From a virus, in IMG/VR virus record IMGVR_UViG_3300021963_000035, positions 84,576 to 148,575 of that record: a stretch of 64,000 bases of DNA. One strand, 5' to 3'. Shown in pieces: positions 20,057 through 30,884 of this stretch. The notes below the pieces were generated by a model that was given only the letters and a program-made list of their open reading frames with translations, searched no databases and was not told where the DNA came from. A program made the position numbers and the translations under genes. Every line of letters begins with the position of its first letter. The first letter of the stretch is position 1.

Positions 20057-22378
20057 ATGGACTCACAAAAAAGCATTAGTACAGATTTATTTTTCAAGAT
20101 ACGCAGCCGTTTTCAAGGACTGAAGCTGGGCGAATCCGCCGGTGCTATAACTATCAATCCAGAAGACGCAGTTTTCTTTGATTTTGACTATCTAGATGAA
20201 GAGCAAGTATTAGGGCATGTTTCTATAAGCCTAGCTGAACCAACATCTATGAAGGTGTATTTCAGCACAGGTATTGCGGAAAATATGAACCCTGTCCAAA
20301 AACAACGTTGGTATGATTTTCTTTATGAACTAAGATTATTTGCCAAGAGAAGATTAATGAGCTTTGACACAAGAGATGTGGCCAAAGACAATCTCGATAA
20401 GCGAGATTTTGAATTTTTAAGTCAATATAATAAACCAAAGCAGCCAGAGGAAAACGCTATGAATGAAAGCGCACTATACGGAACAAAGACCGTAAGCTAT
20501 CAAAAATTAGAAGATACAAGACTGATCATTAAGCATAGTCAAGCACTATCAGATGACATGCAGCCGGGAGCAAGGAGCAGAAATATTTCTGCACTTTTTG
20601 TCGAAAATTCAGAAGGCGAACGATTTAAATATCCTTTCATTCATTTAGCTGGTGCAAGAGCAATGCAACGACATGTAGCAAACGGTGGCGCACCGTACGA
20701 TGCTATTGGAGAAAGTATTATTAAGATGAGCGAAGAAATCGCTCAACTAAGAGGCTTTGGTAATTATGTTGTTAGAAACGATTTAATGAATTCTGATACA
20801 AATTCAATAGTAGAAAGAAGCACAGAGGCACTTAATAGATTAAGAGAACAGATCACCAAGCTGTCAAAACAGAGCCATTACGAGGCATATAGAGATTCTT
20901 TCCAGGCACAACAACCGATGGAAGTCCCACAAGATGTAGTAGAAGATTTTACAGAAAAATTTACAGTTAAAAACTTCAAAGAGGATATTAAGTCTGTATT
21001 CCCAGTGTTATATAGACTTATGAAGGAAGAATCCAAGCCCATAGGCTACGACGACATAGTCGCTTTAACAAATACACAAGAACAAAAAGTCGATGAAGAA
21101 TCGGCTGTTCAAGATCCATTCGAACAGTTTGAAGATTGGGTTTTAACCTTAGGCGAAGAAGCAATAGAAGAAAACGATACAGTAGTAGTAGAAGACTCAA
21201 AAGATCCAGATCATGAGTTCGAGGAAGTTGATTTAACTGTAGAAGTTTATTGGCAAACTGAACCGGAACTTAAGATTACTAGCGTAAAATTAGGAGATTC
21301 AGAGATACTTCCAGTAGTGTATCCCGAATATATCGAGCAAATGATTGAAGCGATACAATCAGGGGACATGACTGAGCAAGGATCAGAATTTGAAATGATC
21401 GAAAACGTTGGTGTTGACTACGAATACGAAGAAGCACAAAGAGGCTCAAGAGAAAGAGGTACAGGCTTACAGCTAGAACCAGATTATCCAGAATCATACA
21501 CAATTACGGCTGCTTATATTTCACAAAATGGCAAGACTGTAGAAGTTGAGTTACCACAACATACTATCGATTGGATGGAAGAAAAGTTAGCAGATGACAA
21601 CGCCGGCAGCGGATATGATGATTACGATTACGATGATTATTATGATCGTAGAGGTGATTATGAAGAAGCTAGCGATCCTACACATCCAGAATATGACAAG
21701 GCCGATGATTATGATCTTCCTCCTAGCAAAAGAGGTAAAGGCACAGATCAATACAAGTTACCAGATTATGAAAAACACGATTCAAGACACAAGAGAGACT
21801 TCCAAAAACGTGCAGGCACATACAAAGATGAAAGTCTAGATCTAAAAGAAGTCGCAAGATTTATCTATAGTTTCTTTGACCGCGTCAATGAATCATTCCC
21901 TAAAGGCAATGAAGGTGTAGCCATAATGGTTGGTAAAAAATTTGGTCCACGAGCAGAAATGATTGCACGTGAAATGATCGAAAGGCTAGCACCACAGCAA
22001 GATACAGCACATATGGTAACAGATTCTGGCGATAATCAAATGCAACCAGAAACATTAGAATCTTCAGATGTTAAAGAAGGTCCAATGTGGGATAAAATTA
22101 AAGGCATCGGATCAAAAATTTCTAGCTTTGCAGACAAGCATTTAAATGATCCTAACTATGCAAATCTAGACGATCCTAAAGTACAGCCAGTAGTGGGCAA
22201 AGACGGCTATGTAACACATTACGTTAAGAATGGTAAGGTAGTACATAGAGTTCCTCCAGGCCGTAAAACTCTTAGCGGAGCCCAATCTCAAAGAGACTGG
22301 GAAGCCAGAAAAGCACAGCGTCCAGCGTCTGAATCCAGTGATGAATTGGCAAGAATCAAATCTTTATCAGGCCTATAA
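20057..22378 (+). CDS. Large acidic putative internal head protein
   Basis: 773 aa; C-terminal ELARIKSLSGL; D/E/Y-rich central insert; TAAATA-N4-ATG. Confidence 0.55.
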   Translation: MDSQKSISTDLFFKIRSRFQGLKLGESAGAITINPEDAVFFDFDYLDEEQVLGHVSISLAEPTSMKVYFSTGIAENMNPVQKQRWYDFLYELRLFAKRRLMSFDTRDVAKDNLDKRDFEFLSQYNKPKQPEENAMNESALYGTKTVSYQKLEDTRLIIKHSQALSDDMQPGARSRNISALFVENSEGERFKYPFIHLAGARAMQRHVANGGAPYDAIGESIIKMSEEIAQLRGFGNYVVRNDLMNSDTNSIVERSTEALNRLREQITKLSKQSHYEAYRDSFQAQQPMEVPQDVVEDFTEKFTVKNFKEDIKSVFPVLYRLMKEESKPIGYDDIVALTNTQEQKVDEESAVQDPFEQFEDWVLTLGEEAIEENDTVVVEDSKDPDHEFEEVDLTVEVYWQTEPELKITSVKLGDSEILPVVYPEYIEQMIEAIQSGDMTEQGSEFEMIENVGVDYEYEEAQRGSRERGTGLQLEPDYPESYTITAAYISQNGKTVEVELPQHTIDWMEEKLADDNAGSGYDDYDYDDYYDRRGDYEEASDPTHPEYDKADDYDLPPSKRGKGTDQYKLPDYEKHDSRHKRDFQKRAGTYKDESLDLKEVARFIYSFFDRVNESFPKGNEGVAIMVGKKFGPRAEMIAREMIERLAPQQDTAHMVTDSGDNQMQPETLESSDVKEGPMWDKIKGIGSKISSFADKHLNDPNYANLDDPKVQPVVGKDGYVTHYVKNGKVVHRVPPGRKTLSGAQSQRDWEARKAQRPASESSDELARIKSLSGL

Positions 22379-22395
22379 TTTATAGAAACTAATAC

Positions 22396-22422
22396 AAGGG
22401 CACTTAGGTGCCCTTTTATTTT
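22396..22422 (+). terminator. Intrinsic terminator
   Basis: AAGGGCAC-ttag-GTGCCCTT followed by T-rich run. Confidence 0.85.
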
Positions 22423-22500
22423 GGATAAAATAAATTTAACTTTTCTGTCAACCAGTAGTCTAACCGAAACGTTATTATATTATGTTAGGAGAGAACTACT

Positions 22501-22797
22501 ATGAAGAAGTTACTAGCAATTACGTTTGCTGGTCTGATGTCAGTGACGACAGTAAGCCAGGCAAATCCTTATCACAGGCATCATCATGGACATCACAATC
22601 GTTACGACTGGGTTGCTCCGCTTGTGATAGGAGGCGTAGTGACGTATGCACTCACGAGACCGCAACCAGTTATAGTACAACAACCTCCGGTAGTATATTA
22701 TCCTAACCCGCAACCACCTGCACCATTCGGTTATCATTACGAGCAAATACTCGACGCTAACTGTCAATGTTACAGACTGGTACTTGTTTCAAACTAA
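22501..22797 (+). CDS. Secreted His/Pro-rich protein
   Basis: AGGAGA RBS, signal peptide, His cluster, PPVVYY/PPAP. Confidence 0.7.
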   Translation: MKKLLAITFAGLMSVTTVSQANPYHRHHHGHHNRYDWVAPLVIGGVVTYALTRPQPVIVQQPPVVYYPNPQPPAPFGYHYEQILDANCQCYRLVLVSN

Positions 22798-22813
22798 CCT
22801 TAAAGGAAATAAA

Positions 22814-23011
22814 ATGAAATTAATCGCAACTCTAGTAGCATCATTGTTCGCAGTAACCGCTTTCGCAGCAGAACCTGCCAAGAAAGAAGAAAAGAAGGTA
22901 GAAGCCAAGCCAGCAGCAGCCGCACCAGCAGCATCAGCAGCCAAGGCCCCTGCCACTAAAAGTGACAAGAAGGACGCACCAAAGGCTGACGCAAAGCCAG
23001 CCACTAAGTAA
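22814..23011 (+). CDS. Small secreted Ala/Lys/Pro-rich protein (acid-shock-protein-like)
   Basis: AAGGAA RBS; MKLIATLVASLFAVTAFA signal peptide; AEPAKK/KPA repeats. Confidence 0.7.
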   Translation: MKLIATLVASLFAVTAFAAEPAKKEEKKVEAKPAAAAPAASAAKAPATKSDKKDAPKADAKPATK

Positions 23012-23318
23012 TCGAAACTTAGAAGACAGTGACTTTATCGTTGACGACGAAGTCACTTTTGGACGTAATCTAAGAGCTAACAAATATGGCAAAATCGTCC
23101 AGGATGATTTATCAGATTATGTGAAGTTTAGATTATGGCTAGCAAGACAATTAGCACTAGCTAAGTATCGAGAAAAATGGGCTGCATAAGCCCTTTTTCT
23201 TTGGTTAAAAAAGTCGCAAATAGTGTTGTTTTTTATTGACATTGCTAAATAAAAAACGCATAATAAACATTGTGCGATAGGCATACATTTTAAGGCAAAT
23301 TATAGGAGGCAAATTAAA

Positions 23319-24290
23319 ATGGCAACATTAGCAGAAATCCGTGCGAAACTTCAAGAAGCACAAACAAAATCCACAGGCCAGAACACTGGCGGCGACAACG
23401 CAATTTATCCCCACTGGAACATGCAAGAAGGTAAAGAAGCTATCCTTCGTTTCTTACCTGACGGTGATTCAAACAACACATTCTTCTGGGTAGAACGTGC
23501 GATGATTAAATTAGAATTTGCTGGCATCAAAGGCGAGTCAGAATCTAAGAAAACAATCGTACAAGTACCTTGTGTAGAAATGTATGGACCAAACGAAGTA
23601 TGTCCAATTCTTAGCGAAGTACGTGGGTGGTTCAAGGACAAATCGTTAGAGGAAAAAGGTCGTCAATATTGGAAGAAGCGTTCATACATCTTCCAAGGCT
23701 TTGTCACTGATGATCCTTTGAAAGAAGATAGTCCACCAGAAAATCCAATCCGTAGATTTATCATTGGTCCTCAGATCTATCAGATCATCCGTGGCGCATT
23801 GATGGATCCAGAATTGGAAGAATTGCCAACAGACGCATTACGTGGAGTTGATTTCCGTATTGTAAAGACTAGCAAAGGTGGTTTTGCTGATTACTCTACT
23901 TCTAAGTGGAGCCGTCGTGAGCGTTCGCTTACTGATGTCGAACAAGCTGCTATTGAAAAATATGGTTTGTTTAATTTGAAAGATTTCTTACCTAAGAAAC
24001 CAACTGATGTTGAACTTAAGGTTATTAAAGAAATGTTTGAAGCATCAGTTAATGGTGAAGCATACGATCCAACTCGTTGGAGTCAGTATTACAAGCCAGC
24101 AGGCATCGGAAGCCAAACTGGTGATCCTTTAAAACAATCTGCATCTAGAGATGATGACCATGCAGACGATGAGCCAGCATCTGCTCCAAAGGCAGCTCCT
24201 GCTCCTCAAGCATCGTCAGCAGCATCTGGTGACAGTAGCAGTCGTGCGCAAGACATCCTTGCCATGATTCGCAATCGTCAGAAACAATAA
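23319..24290 (+). CDS. Single-stranded DNA-binding protein (T4 gp32-like)
   Basis: A.LRFLPD, CP, G.DF...K..KGG.ADY..S motifs; upstream TTGACA/CATAAT promoter and GGAGG RBS. Confidence 0.88.
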   Translation: MATLAEIRAKLQEAQTKSTGQNTGGDNAIYPHWNMQEGKEAILRFLPDGDSNNTFFWVERAMIKLEFAGIKGESESKKTIVQVPCVEMYGPNEVCPILSEVRGWFKDKSLEEKGRQYWKKRSYIFQGFVTDDPLKEDSPPENPIRRFIIGPQIYQIIRGALMDPELEELPTDALRGVDFRIVKTSKGGFADYSTSKWSRRERSLTDVEQAAIEKYGLFNLKDFLPKKPTDVELKVIKEMFEASVNGEAYDPTRWSQYYKPAGIGSQTGDPLKQSASRDDDHADDEPASAPKAAPAPQASSAASGDSSSRAQDILAMIRNRQKQ

Positions 24291-24347
24291 TAATAAACAA
24301 AGAGTACGGGTTAATCCCGTACTCTCTTGTCAACAAAGGAGATCAAC

Positions 24348-24539
24348 ATGGCAAAATTAACAAAGTTAGCGAAAGTAAACGAACAGATCACCATTAATCG
24401 TTATGATAACGGTTGGATGGTAGAGATTGGCGGCCGCGATAAGAAAGAAGAATGGAAAAACACAAAGACAATGTGTAATACCGAGGAAGATGTTATCGCT
24501 GTAATTAAAGAGTGGAATTCAATGGAGTTAGATCAATAA
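24348..24539 (+). CDS. Hypothetical protein
   Basis: AGGAG RBS before MAKLTK; coupled to uvsX. Confidence 0.65.
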   Translation: MAKLTKLAKVNEQITINRYDNGWMVEIGGRDKKEEWKNTKTMCNTEEDVIAVIKEWNSMELDQ

Positions 24540-25618
24540 TGACTAAAGCATTTGATATTTCTAAATTCAGAAAGTCGATTACTAAGAGTATTGAAGGTCT
24601 TAGTATTGGCTTTAATGATCCTACTGATTGGGTCAGCACAGGCAATTATGCCCTTAACTATTTGATCAGCGGAGATTTCCATAAAGGAGTTCCGTTAGGT
24701 AAAGTAACTGTGTTTGCTGGTGAATCAGGTGCGGGTAAAAGTTATATCTGCTCTGGTAATTTGATCCGTCACGCACAAGAACAGGGCATCTATCCTATTC
24801 TAATTGATTCAGAAAATGCTCTAGATGAAGATTGGTTAAAAGCACTTGGTGTTGACACTAGTGAAGATAAACTCTTAAAATTAAACATGGCAATGATCGA
24901 TGATGTTGCTAAAACAATAAATGAGTTTATGACTGAATACAAAGCAATGCCAGAAGACAATCGTCCTAAAGTGTTATTTGTTATTGATTCACTTGGTATG
25001 TTGTTAACACCTACAGATGTTAATCAATTCGAAGCAGGTGATTTGAAAGGTGACATGGGTCGTAAGCCTAAGGCATTGACAGCACTTGTTCGTAACTGTG
25101 TAAACATGTTTGGTAGCAATAATGTAGGATTGGTAGCAACTAATCACACATATGCTAGCCAGGATATGTTTGACCCAGACGATAAGATCAGCGGTGGTCA
25201 AGGTTTTATCTATGCATCAAGTATCGTTGTTGCTATGAAGAAACTAAAACTTAAAGAAGATGACGATGGCAATAAGATCTCAGAAGTACGTGGTATCCGT
25301 GCTGCTTGTAAGGTTATGAAAACACGTTATGCTAAGCCATTCGAAAGTGTACAAGTGAAGATTCCTTATGAAACAGGTATGAATCCGTATAGCGGACTGG
25401 TCGATCTGTTTGAAGCTAAAGAGATGCTCAAGAAAGAAGGTAACAGTCTTGTATATGTAACATCTGATGGTGAGATTATCAAACAATTCCGCAAAGCCTG
25501 GGAACGCAATGATAATCAAGGACTTGACAAACTAATGGCAGACGTAGGATCAAAAGATGGCGAAATTTCTAGATCTGAGATAATTAACAGTATTGAACCG
25601 GAGACTGTTGCAGAATGA
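24539..25618 (+). CDS. uvsX: RecA-like recombinase UvsX
   Basis: GESGAGKS, IDSE.A, VIDSLG, NHTY, SGG.G..YASS motifs. Confidence 0.93.
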   Translation: MTKAFDISKFRKSITKSIEGLSIGFNDPTDWVSTGNYALNYLISGDFHKGVPLGKVTVFAGESGAGKSYICSGNLIRHAQEQGIYPILIDSENALDEDWLKALGVDTSEDKLLKLNMAMIDDVAKTINEFMTEYKAMPEDNRPKVLFVIDSLGMLLTPTDVNQFEAGDLKGDMGRKPKALTALVRNCVNMFGSNNVGLVATNHTYASQDMFDPDDKISGGQGFIYASSIVVAMKKLKLKEDDDGNKISEVRGIRAACKVMKTRYAKPFESVQVKIPYETGMNPYSGLVDLFEAKEMLKKEGNSLVYVTSDGEIIKQFRKAWERNDNQGLDKLMADVGSKDGEISRSEIINSIEPETVAE

Positions 25619-25857
25619 AAGAAGACCTTATCGCCGATATCTGGAATTTGATGATCGAGCATATTCCAGAAAAATCTCGTAAAGACGTTGCTAGCGATTT
25701 TATCAATACTTTGTTAGATTATGGAATCAAAGATTCTACTATCGAAAGTTTGTTAGGAATCGATCCATATCTCGACGACGCTATTAGTTATTCTATAGAC
25801 GGAGAAGAGATCATGGATGAGTATGATGATGACAACTATAACGAAGATGACGAATGA
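25615..25857 (+). CDS. Acidic hypothetical protein
   Basis: Coupled ORF between uvsX and uvsY. Confidence 0.65.
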   Translation: MKEDLIADIWNLMIEHIPEKSRKDVASDFINTLLDYGIKDSTIESLLGIDPYLDDAISYSIDGEEIMDEYDDDNYNEDDE

Positions 25858-26309
25858 GTTGGTACGAAAAAGTTTCTAAAGATATCTCTTACATTCCAGA
25901 TGCTGTAGCATTCTATGAAAAAGAATTGTTAGATGCAAAACTGGAATGTAAGATCTTTGGCAACATTGAAAAAGCGTCGGCAAATATGCCGGGTGTAGTA
26001 GAGAATCGTTTTAATCAATTACAAGAGATAGAAGCGATTCTTGAATACCTTAACATAGAATTACGTAGGCTAAAGAGCCAACATTTTCGCAAATATCTAG
26101 AAAACTATCAGAGGGCACTCAGTAGTAGAGATTGCGAAAAATTTGTTGACGGGGAAGCGGATGTCGTTGATTTTGAAAAGATTATTAACGAATTTGCATT
26201 ACTTAGAAACAAATGGTTAGGTATTATTAAATCATTAGATCAAAAACAATGGCATCTAACTAATATCATTAAACTGCGAATAGCAGGAATGGAAGACGCA
26301 ACCATTTAA
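25854..26309 (+). CDS. uvsY: Recombination mediator UvsY
   Basis: Coiled-coil; K..DQKQW.L.NI.KLR.AG C-terminus; position after uvsX. Confidence 0.75.
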   Translation: MSWYEKVSKDISYIPDAVAFYEKELLDAKLECKIFGNIEKASANMPGVVENRFNQLQEIEAILEYLNIELRRLKSQHFRKYLENYQRALSSRDCEKFVDGEADVVDFEKIINEFALLRNKWLGIIKSLDQKQWHLTNIIKLRIAGMEDATI

Positions 26310-26346
26310 CAAAGGTCCCCAGGGACCTTTCTTTATAAATATCGCT

Positions 26347-27090
26347 ATGAAAATAGTACTAGTAACAGGTGGGTTTGATCCACTTCATAGCGGCCACATC
26401 GAATACTTTAAAGCAGCAGCAAAATTAGGAGATACTCTATTAGTCGGAGTAAACTCTGATGAATGGTTGCAACGTAAAAAGGGTGCAGCATTCATGCCTT
26501 GGGCCGAACGTGCTGAAATAATACGAAATCTAAAAATGGTAAGCGGTGTAATATCGTTCAATGACGACGATAATACTGCGATTGATGCTATATTAAAAGT
26601 AAGAGAAGTTTATTTCGGAGATACTATTATCTTTGCCAACGGCGGAGATAGAACCAAAGACAACATACCTGAAATGGGGATAGCAGATCCTGATTTATTT
26701 TTTGCATTCGGAGTGGGTGGAGAAGATAAAAGGAATTCTAGCAGTTGGATACTAAATGAATGGAAATCTCCTAAAACTGTAAGACCTTGGGGATATTATC
26801 GTGTGTTACATACTGTGGGACGAAATGTAAAAGTTAAAGAATTAACAGTTGATCCTGGAAAATCTTTAAGTATGCAAAGACACAAGTATCGCACAGAATT
26901 ATGGTTTGTAGCAGAGGGCGAAGCCGATACAAATTGGAATCCAGGCCATACTAAAATAAAAGAATTTAAGACTGAAGTTATTAGGGCTGGCGAATGGCAT
27001 CAGTTACATAACACAACGGACGATCCATTAAAGATTATAGAAATACAATACGGCGAAGTCTGCGACGAGGAAGATATAGAAAGAAAATGA
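26347..27090 (+). CDS. Cytidylyltransferase-family nucleotidyltransferase fused to cupin (PMI type II-like)
   Basis: TGGFDPLHSGH (HIGH-type), FANGGDR; RPWG, SLSMQRH..R.E.W cupin. Confidence 0.85.
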   Translation: MKIVLVTGGFDPLHSGHIEYFKAAAKLGDTLLVGVNSDEWLQRKKGAAFMPWAERAEIIRNLKMVSGVISFNDDDNTAIDAILKVREVYFGDTIIFANGGDRTKDNIPEMGIADPDLFFAFGVGGEDKRNSSSWILNEWKSPKTVRPWGYYRVLHTVGRNVKVKELTVDPGKSLSMQRHKYRTELWFVAEGEADTNWNPGHTKIKEFKTEVIRAGEWHQLHNTTDDPLKIIEIQYGEVCDEEDIERK

Positions 27091-27773
27091 AAGACATAAT
27101 TCCTATTTTTATCGGTTATGATCCGAGAGAAGCTATCGCTTATCATACATGTGCTAACAGCATTATTAGAAATTCAAGTAGGCCTGTTAGCATAGTTCCA
27201 GTAGCTCTAAATTTATTTAAAGACTATACTGAGACACATACCGACGGTAGCAATCATTTTATCTATACAAGATTCCTTGTGCCTTGGATGATGAGTTGGG
27301 CTGGACATGCTATATTCATTGATGGAGACATGATAGTTAGAGGTGACATAGCAGAATTATGGGCATTAAGAGAAACAGGTAAAGATGTCCAGGTAGTCAA
27401 ACACGATTACAAAACTAAAATGCCTGTGAAATATCTTGGAGCAAAGAATGAAGACTATCCTAGAAAAAATTGGTCTAGTGTTATTTTGTGGAATTGTAAT
27501 AGCTTTCCTAACAGGAAACTTACCCCTGAATTTATCCAACAATCCAGCGGCAGTTTCCTCCACCGCTTCTCGTGGTTAGACGACGAGCGCATAGGTGAAT
27601 TACCTAAAGAATGGAACTGGTTGCCAGACGAATATGGTCCTAATCCCGATGCTAAGTTATTGCATTATACTTTAGGTACTCCTTGCTTTCATGAATTCGC
27701 CAACACACCAATGGGTGACGAATGGCATCGTGAACGCATATTAACTGAATATTGTCAACAAAGAAATATATGA
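27087..27773 (+). CDS. GT-A glycosyltransferase (GT8-like)
   Basis: IFIGYD.RE, F.DGDM DxD, YPRKNWSS, LHYT.G.P. Confidence 0.8.
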   Translation: MKDIIPIFIGYDPREAIAYHTCANSIIRNSSRPVSIVPVALNLFKDYTETHTDGSNHFIYTRFLVPWMMSWAGHAIFIDGDMIVRGDIAELWALRETGKDVQVVKHDYKTKMPVKYLGAKNEDYPRKNWSSVILWNCNSFPNRKLTPEFIQQSSGSFLHRFSWLDDERIGELPKEWNWLPDEYGPNPDAKLLHYTLGTPCFHEFANTPMGDEWHRERILTEYCQQRNI

Positions 27774-28570
27774 ATTGGATATTTCTAGATAACACAGAAA
27801 AATCACAATATGTAGAACTATTTGCAAAAAGTGCCGGGAAACTTATTACTCCTTACGAGAATTTTGTCTATGCGGATAGCAACGATCCGTTAGTTATCAG
27901 AGGAATTCTTAAAAATAAATTAATAAAACAATGTTGGAAAGACAATCGAACATTTTATTATTTTGATACTGGATATGTAGGCAACGACGTTTATCAATCT
28001 AATCCTAACGGTTACAAATACTGGCATAGAATAGTTAAGAACGATCTGCAACACGGAAAAATAATTCCTAGACCAGACGATCGCTGGCGAAAACTAAACA
28101 AAACAATTAAGCCCTGGAAACGATCAGGCAGCAGAATAATAATAGCTGCACCGGACGAAAAACCCTGTAAGTTCTACGGAATAGAACTAGAGCAATGGTT
28201 AACAAACTTAGTCGACGAGTTAAAAAAATATACCGATCGTTCTATTGTAGTACGTCGCCGTCCTGCTAATAGAATGGACAGAAAACAAAATATCCCTTTA
28301 GTTCAAGAATTAGAAAATGATGTTCACGCATTGATTACATTTAATAGTATTGCTGCAACTGAAGCAATAATAAATGGCATTCCCGCATTTACTCTTGCAC
28401 CCACAAATGCTGCTAGTCCTGTTAGTTTACAAGATATAAGTAGTATAGAGAATCCGTACTATGCTGACCCCGAAAAAGTGTATGCTTGGGCCTGTCATCT
28501 AGCCTACGGACAATTTCATACTGAAGAATTGAAAAACGGTACGGCATTAAACATTTTATATAATGACTAG
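27770..28570 (+). CDS. KpsS/KpsC-like GT-B sugar transferase, paralogue 1
   Basis: TDR.IVVR.RP; NS..A.EAI..GIP. Confidence 0.6.
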   Translation: MNWIFLDNTEKSQYVELFAKSAGKLITPYENFVYADSNDPLVIRGILKNKLIKQCWKDNRTFYYFDTGYVGNDVYQSNPNGYKYWHRIVKNDLQHGKIIPRPDDRWRKLNKTIKPWKRSGSRIIIAAPDEKPCKFYGIELEQWLTNLVDELKKYTDRSIVVRRRPANRMDRKQNIPLVQELENDVHALITFNSIAATEAIINGIPAFTLAPTNAASPVSLQDISSIENPYYADPEKVYAWACHLAYGQFHTEELKNGTALNILYND

Positions 28571-29510
28571 CATAGCAGTATATCACAAATCTGTCCCTAA
28601 TGGTAAGAATCAAGAAAAAATTGATATCTTGAGATTCTTCTCTCTCGGAGCAAAAGTTAAAGGTGAGGCTGTGATAGACGTTGACAGTTATACTTTACAA
28701 AATCCCGAGGTTGCTGTTATACAGGGTTGGGTAGCAGATGATCAGCCATTGACTCCGCACGGAGATCTTAGAGCACGAGTTATTAAACATCAACTACAAT
28801 GGAACAAATATGTCGTAGGAGTTGACAGCAATCTATTTTTGTATGCTAACACAGAAAATCCTTTACATTATCTAAGATATAGTTTCAACGGAATATTTCC
28901 AACAACTGGAATATATTGTGACGATCAACCAAATCCAGATAGATGGAAATCTATCAAACAAGATTTAAATTTAGAATTAAAAGACTATAGAACATCGGGC
29001 AATCATATATTATTGTGTATGCAGCGCAATGGCGGGTGGAGCATGCAAGGCCTTGATAATCAAGAGTGGGCTATTAAAACTATCGCAGAAATAAGAAAAT
29101 ATACAGATAGGCCAATAGTGGTAAGACTGCATCCAGGAGATAAAGAAACTAAAAGAATTGTTAAATCAGGTGGTCCTCTTTGTAAAATAAAATTTGATTA
29201 CGGAGTTATTCTAAGCCAGAATGATAATCTTTTAGACGATCTTAAAGGGTGTTGGGCAGCAGTCAATCATAATTCTAGTCCTGTAGTAGGTGCAGCAATT
29301 GAAGGCTATCCTATCTTTGTAACTGATCCTAATAACAGTCAATGCAAAGACATAGCCAATATCAATTTAGCCTATATTGAAAAACCGAGATTACCTGATA
29401 GACAAGCCTGGGTCGAACGTATATCAATGTTCCATTGGAAGTTCGACGAACTTAAATCTGGTGAGTGTTGGGAACACATGAAGAAATATGTTAAATTGAA
29501 TTATGATTGA
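28563..29510 (+). CDS. KpsS/KpsC-like GT-B sugar transferase, paralogue 2
   Basis: ILLCMQ, TDRPIVVRLHPG, NSS...AAI.G.P. Confidence 0.65.
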   Translation: MTSIAVYHKSVPNGKNQEKIDILRFFSLGAKVKGEAVIDVDSYTLQNPEVAVIQGWVADDQPLTPHGDLRARVIKHQLQWNKYVVGVDSNLFLYANTENPLHYLRYSFNGIFPTTGIYCDDQPNPDRWKSIKQDLNLELKDYRTSGNHILLCMQRNGGWSMQGLDNQEWAIKTIAEIRKYTDRPIVVRLHPGDKETKRIVKSGGPLCKIKFDYGVILSQNDNLLDDLKGCWAAVNHNSSPVVGAAIEGYPIFVTDPNNSQCKDIANINLAYIEKPRLPDRQAWVERISMFHWKFDELKSGECWEHMKKYVKLNYD

Positions 29511-30312
29511 TATACAGATTTTAAAGCAAGAAGAACAGGAATGGTATCACATTTATAATAACAATTATCGTGTGACTGTAATTGATGATTGGAAAAATGT
29601 TTCTACAGATGTGCCAGTAGTTTGCACCGGTAATCTTTTGTACGATAATGTTCAGCATTGGTTAACAAAACATCAGCCTGCTGTCTACTTTGCTAGAGGT
29701 TATGTAGGCAATCATTTGTACAAACACAAAAAATTTTGGAGATATTCTATCAATGGTTGGGCTAATACCAGACTATCAAACATTCCTTATTCTAGGTGGA
29801 ATGTACTAGGATTAGAAAGACATCCCTGGAAAGTTAAAGATGTAAAAAAAGTATTAATTGCTCCTAGTAAAATGACTGCAAGAATATGGACTCCGGAACT
29901 TGATACTCTGTGGCCAGAATCTATGTTAGATAAATTTCCAGGGGCAGAAGTTAGAATTAGAAGAAAAGAGCACAGACCTTGGTTAAGATGGAGCACTTTG
30001 TGGGATGACCTAGACTGGGCCGATCTTGTAGTATCCCAGAGCTCTGCCATAACAGCTGAAGCATTTTGGTATGGAAAGAAGGTCATCAGTTTAGAACCGT
30101 GTCCTACTTGGGCTGCAAAAAAATTTACTTTAGAAGACTGGCAAGATCCTAAAGAACCAGAACTCAGAGATCAATGGCACGAACATCTTGCTTGGTGTCA
30201 GTATACTGTAGATGAAATAGAATCCGGTTCAGTATTAGATCTTTTACAATTGTATTTTGGTAATTTGACTAATTATAAGTCCAAACAAAAGTATAATTTA
30301 ATTAGAAATTAA
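29503..30312 (+). CDS. KpsS/KpsC-like GT-B sugar transferase, paralogue 3
   Basis: SS....EA...GK.V; LAW.Q.T..E...G ending shared with paralogues. Confidence 0.55.
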   Translation: MIDIQILKQEEQEWYHIYNNNYRVTVIDDWKNVSTDVPVVCTGNLLYDNVQHWLTKHQPAVYFARGYVGNHLYKHKKFWRYSINGWANTRLSNIPYSRWNVLGLERHPWKVKDVKKVLIAPSKMTARIWTPELDTLWPESMLDKFPGAEVRIRRKEHRPWLRWSTLWDDLDWADLVVSQSSAITAEAFWYGKKVISLEPCPTWAAKKFTLEDWQDPKEPELRDQWHEHLAWCQYTVDEIESGSVLDLLQLYFGNLTNYKSKQKYNLIRN

Positions 30313-30884
30313 TTCTTTTCTAAATAGAAGACATGCTCAATATTATATTGAGTTGCCGTTTTTAAATCAAACTCAGTTTTATATTTTATATCGGGAAATT
30401 CTGAAATAATATTTAAAACTTCCGCTAATGGTAACGAAATATCAACCATGTTCTTTCCGGTATTACACCAGTTTTCATAAACTTTAATAATTTTTTCTTC
30501 TTCAAGGAATGGAGTAAAAATTGTCAACACTGCTCTCTTATTAAAACTTTTTAAAACATTTCTTAAGATAGGTCTCCACTCTTGATTATGTTCTAATACA
30601 TGTCGTATGTGTATGGCATCCACAGATGTAGTGTAAGTAACTAAATCTTCAATTTTATCAACAAACACAGATTCAGATCCGTCGACCCCAACATATGTTT
30701 GATGTTCTGCTACATATTTCTTAAATCCGCCAAACCCACATCCCCAATCTTCGATAGTTAAAATATCTTTTTGATTGAGCCACTTGCTGGCTAGATCTGC
30801 TGTATGTGGGTCTGAATATATTTTTCTTTTAGTTCTGCCTTTATAATATTCATTCCATAGTCCTACTTTAGATTCTGTATTCAT
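30309..30884 (-). CDS. Class I SAM-dependent methyltransferase
   Basis: DWGCGFG motif I; HVLEH. Confidence 0.8.
   Translation of the reverse strand: MNTESKVGLWNEYYKGRTKRKIYSDPHTADLASKWLNQKDILTIEDWGCGFGGFKKYVAEHQTYVGVDGSESVFVDKIEDLVTYTTSVDAIHIRHVLEHNQEWRPILRNVLKSFNKRAVLTIFTPFLEEEKIIKVYENWCNTGKNMVDISLPLAEVLNIISEFPDIKYKTEFDLKTATQYNIEHVFYLEKN

Noticed and set aside
21594-21680. GATTAC/GATGAT-like tandem repeat
   Set aside because: Encodes a D/Y-rich linker within the 773-aa protein.
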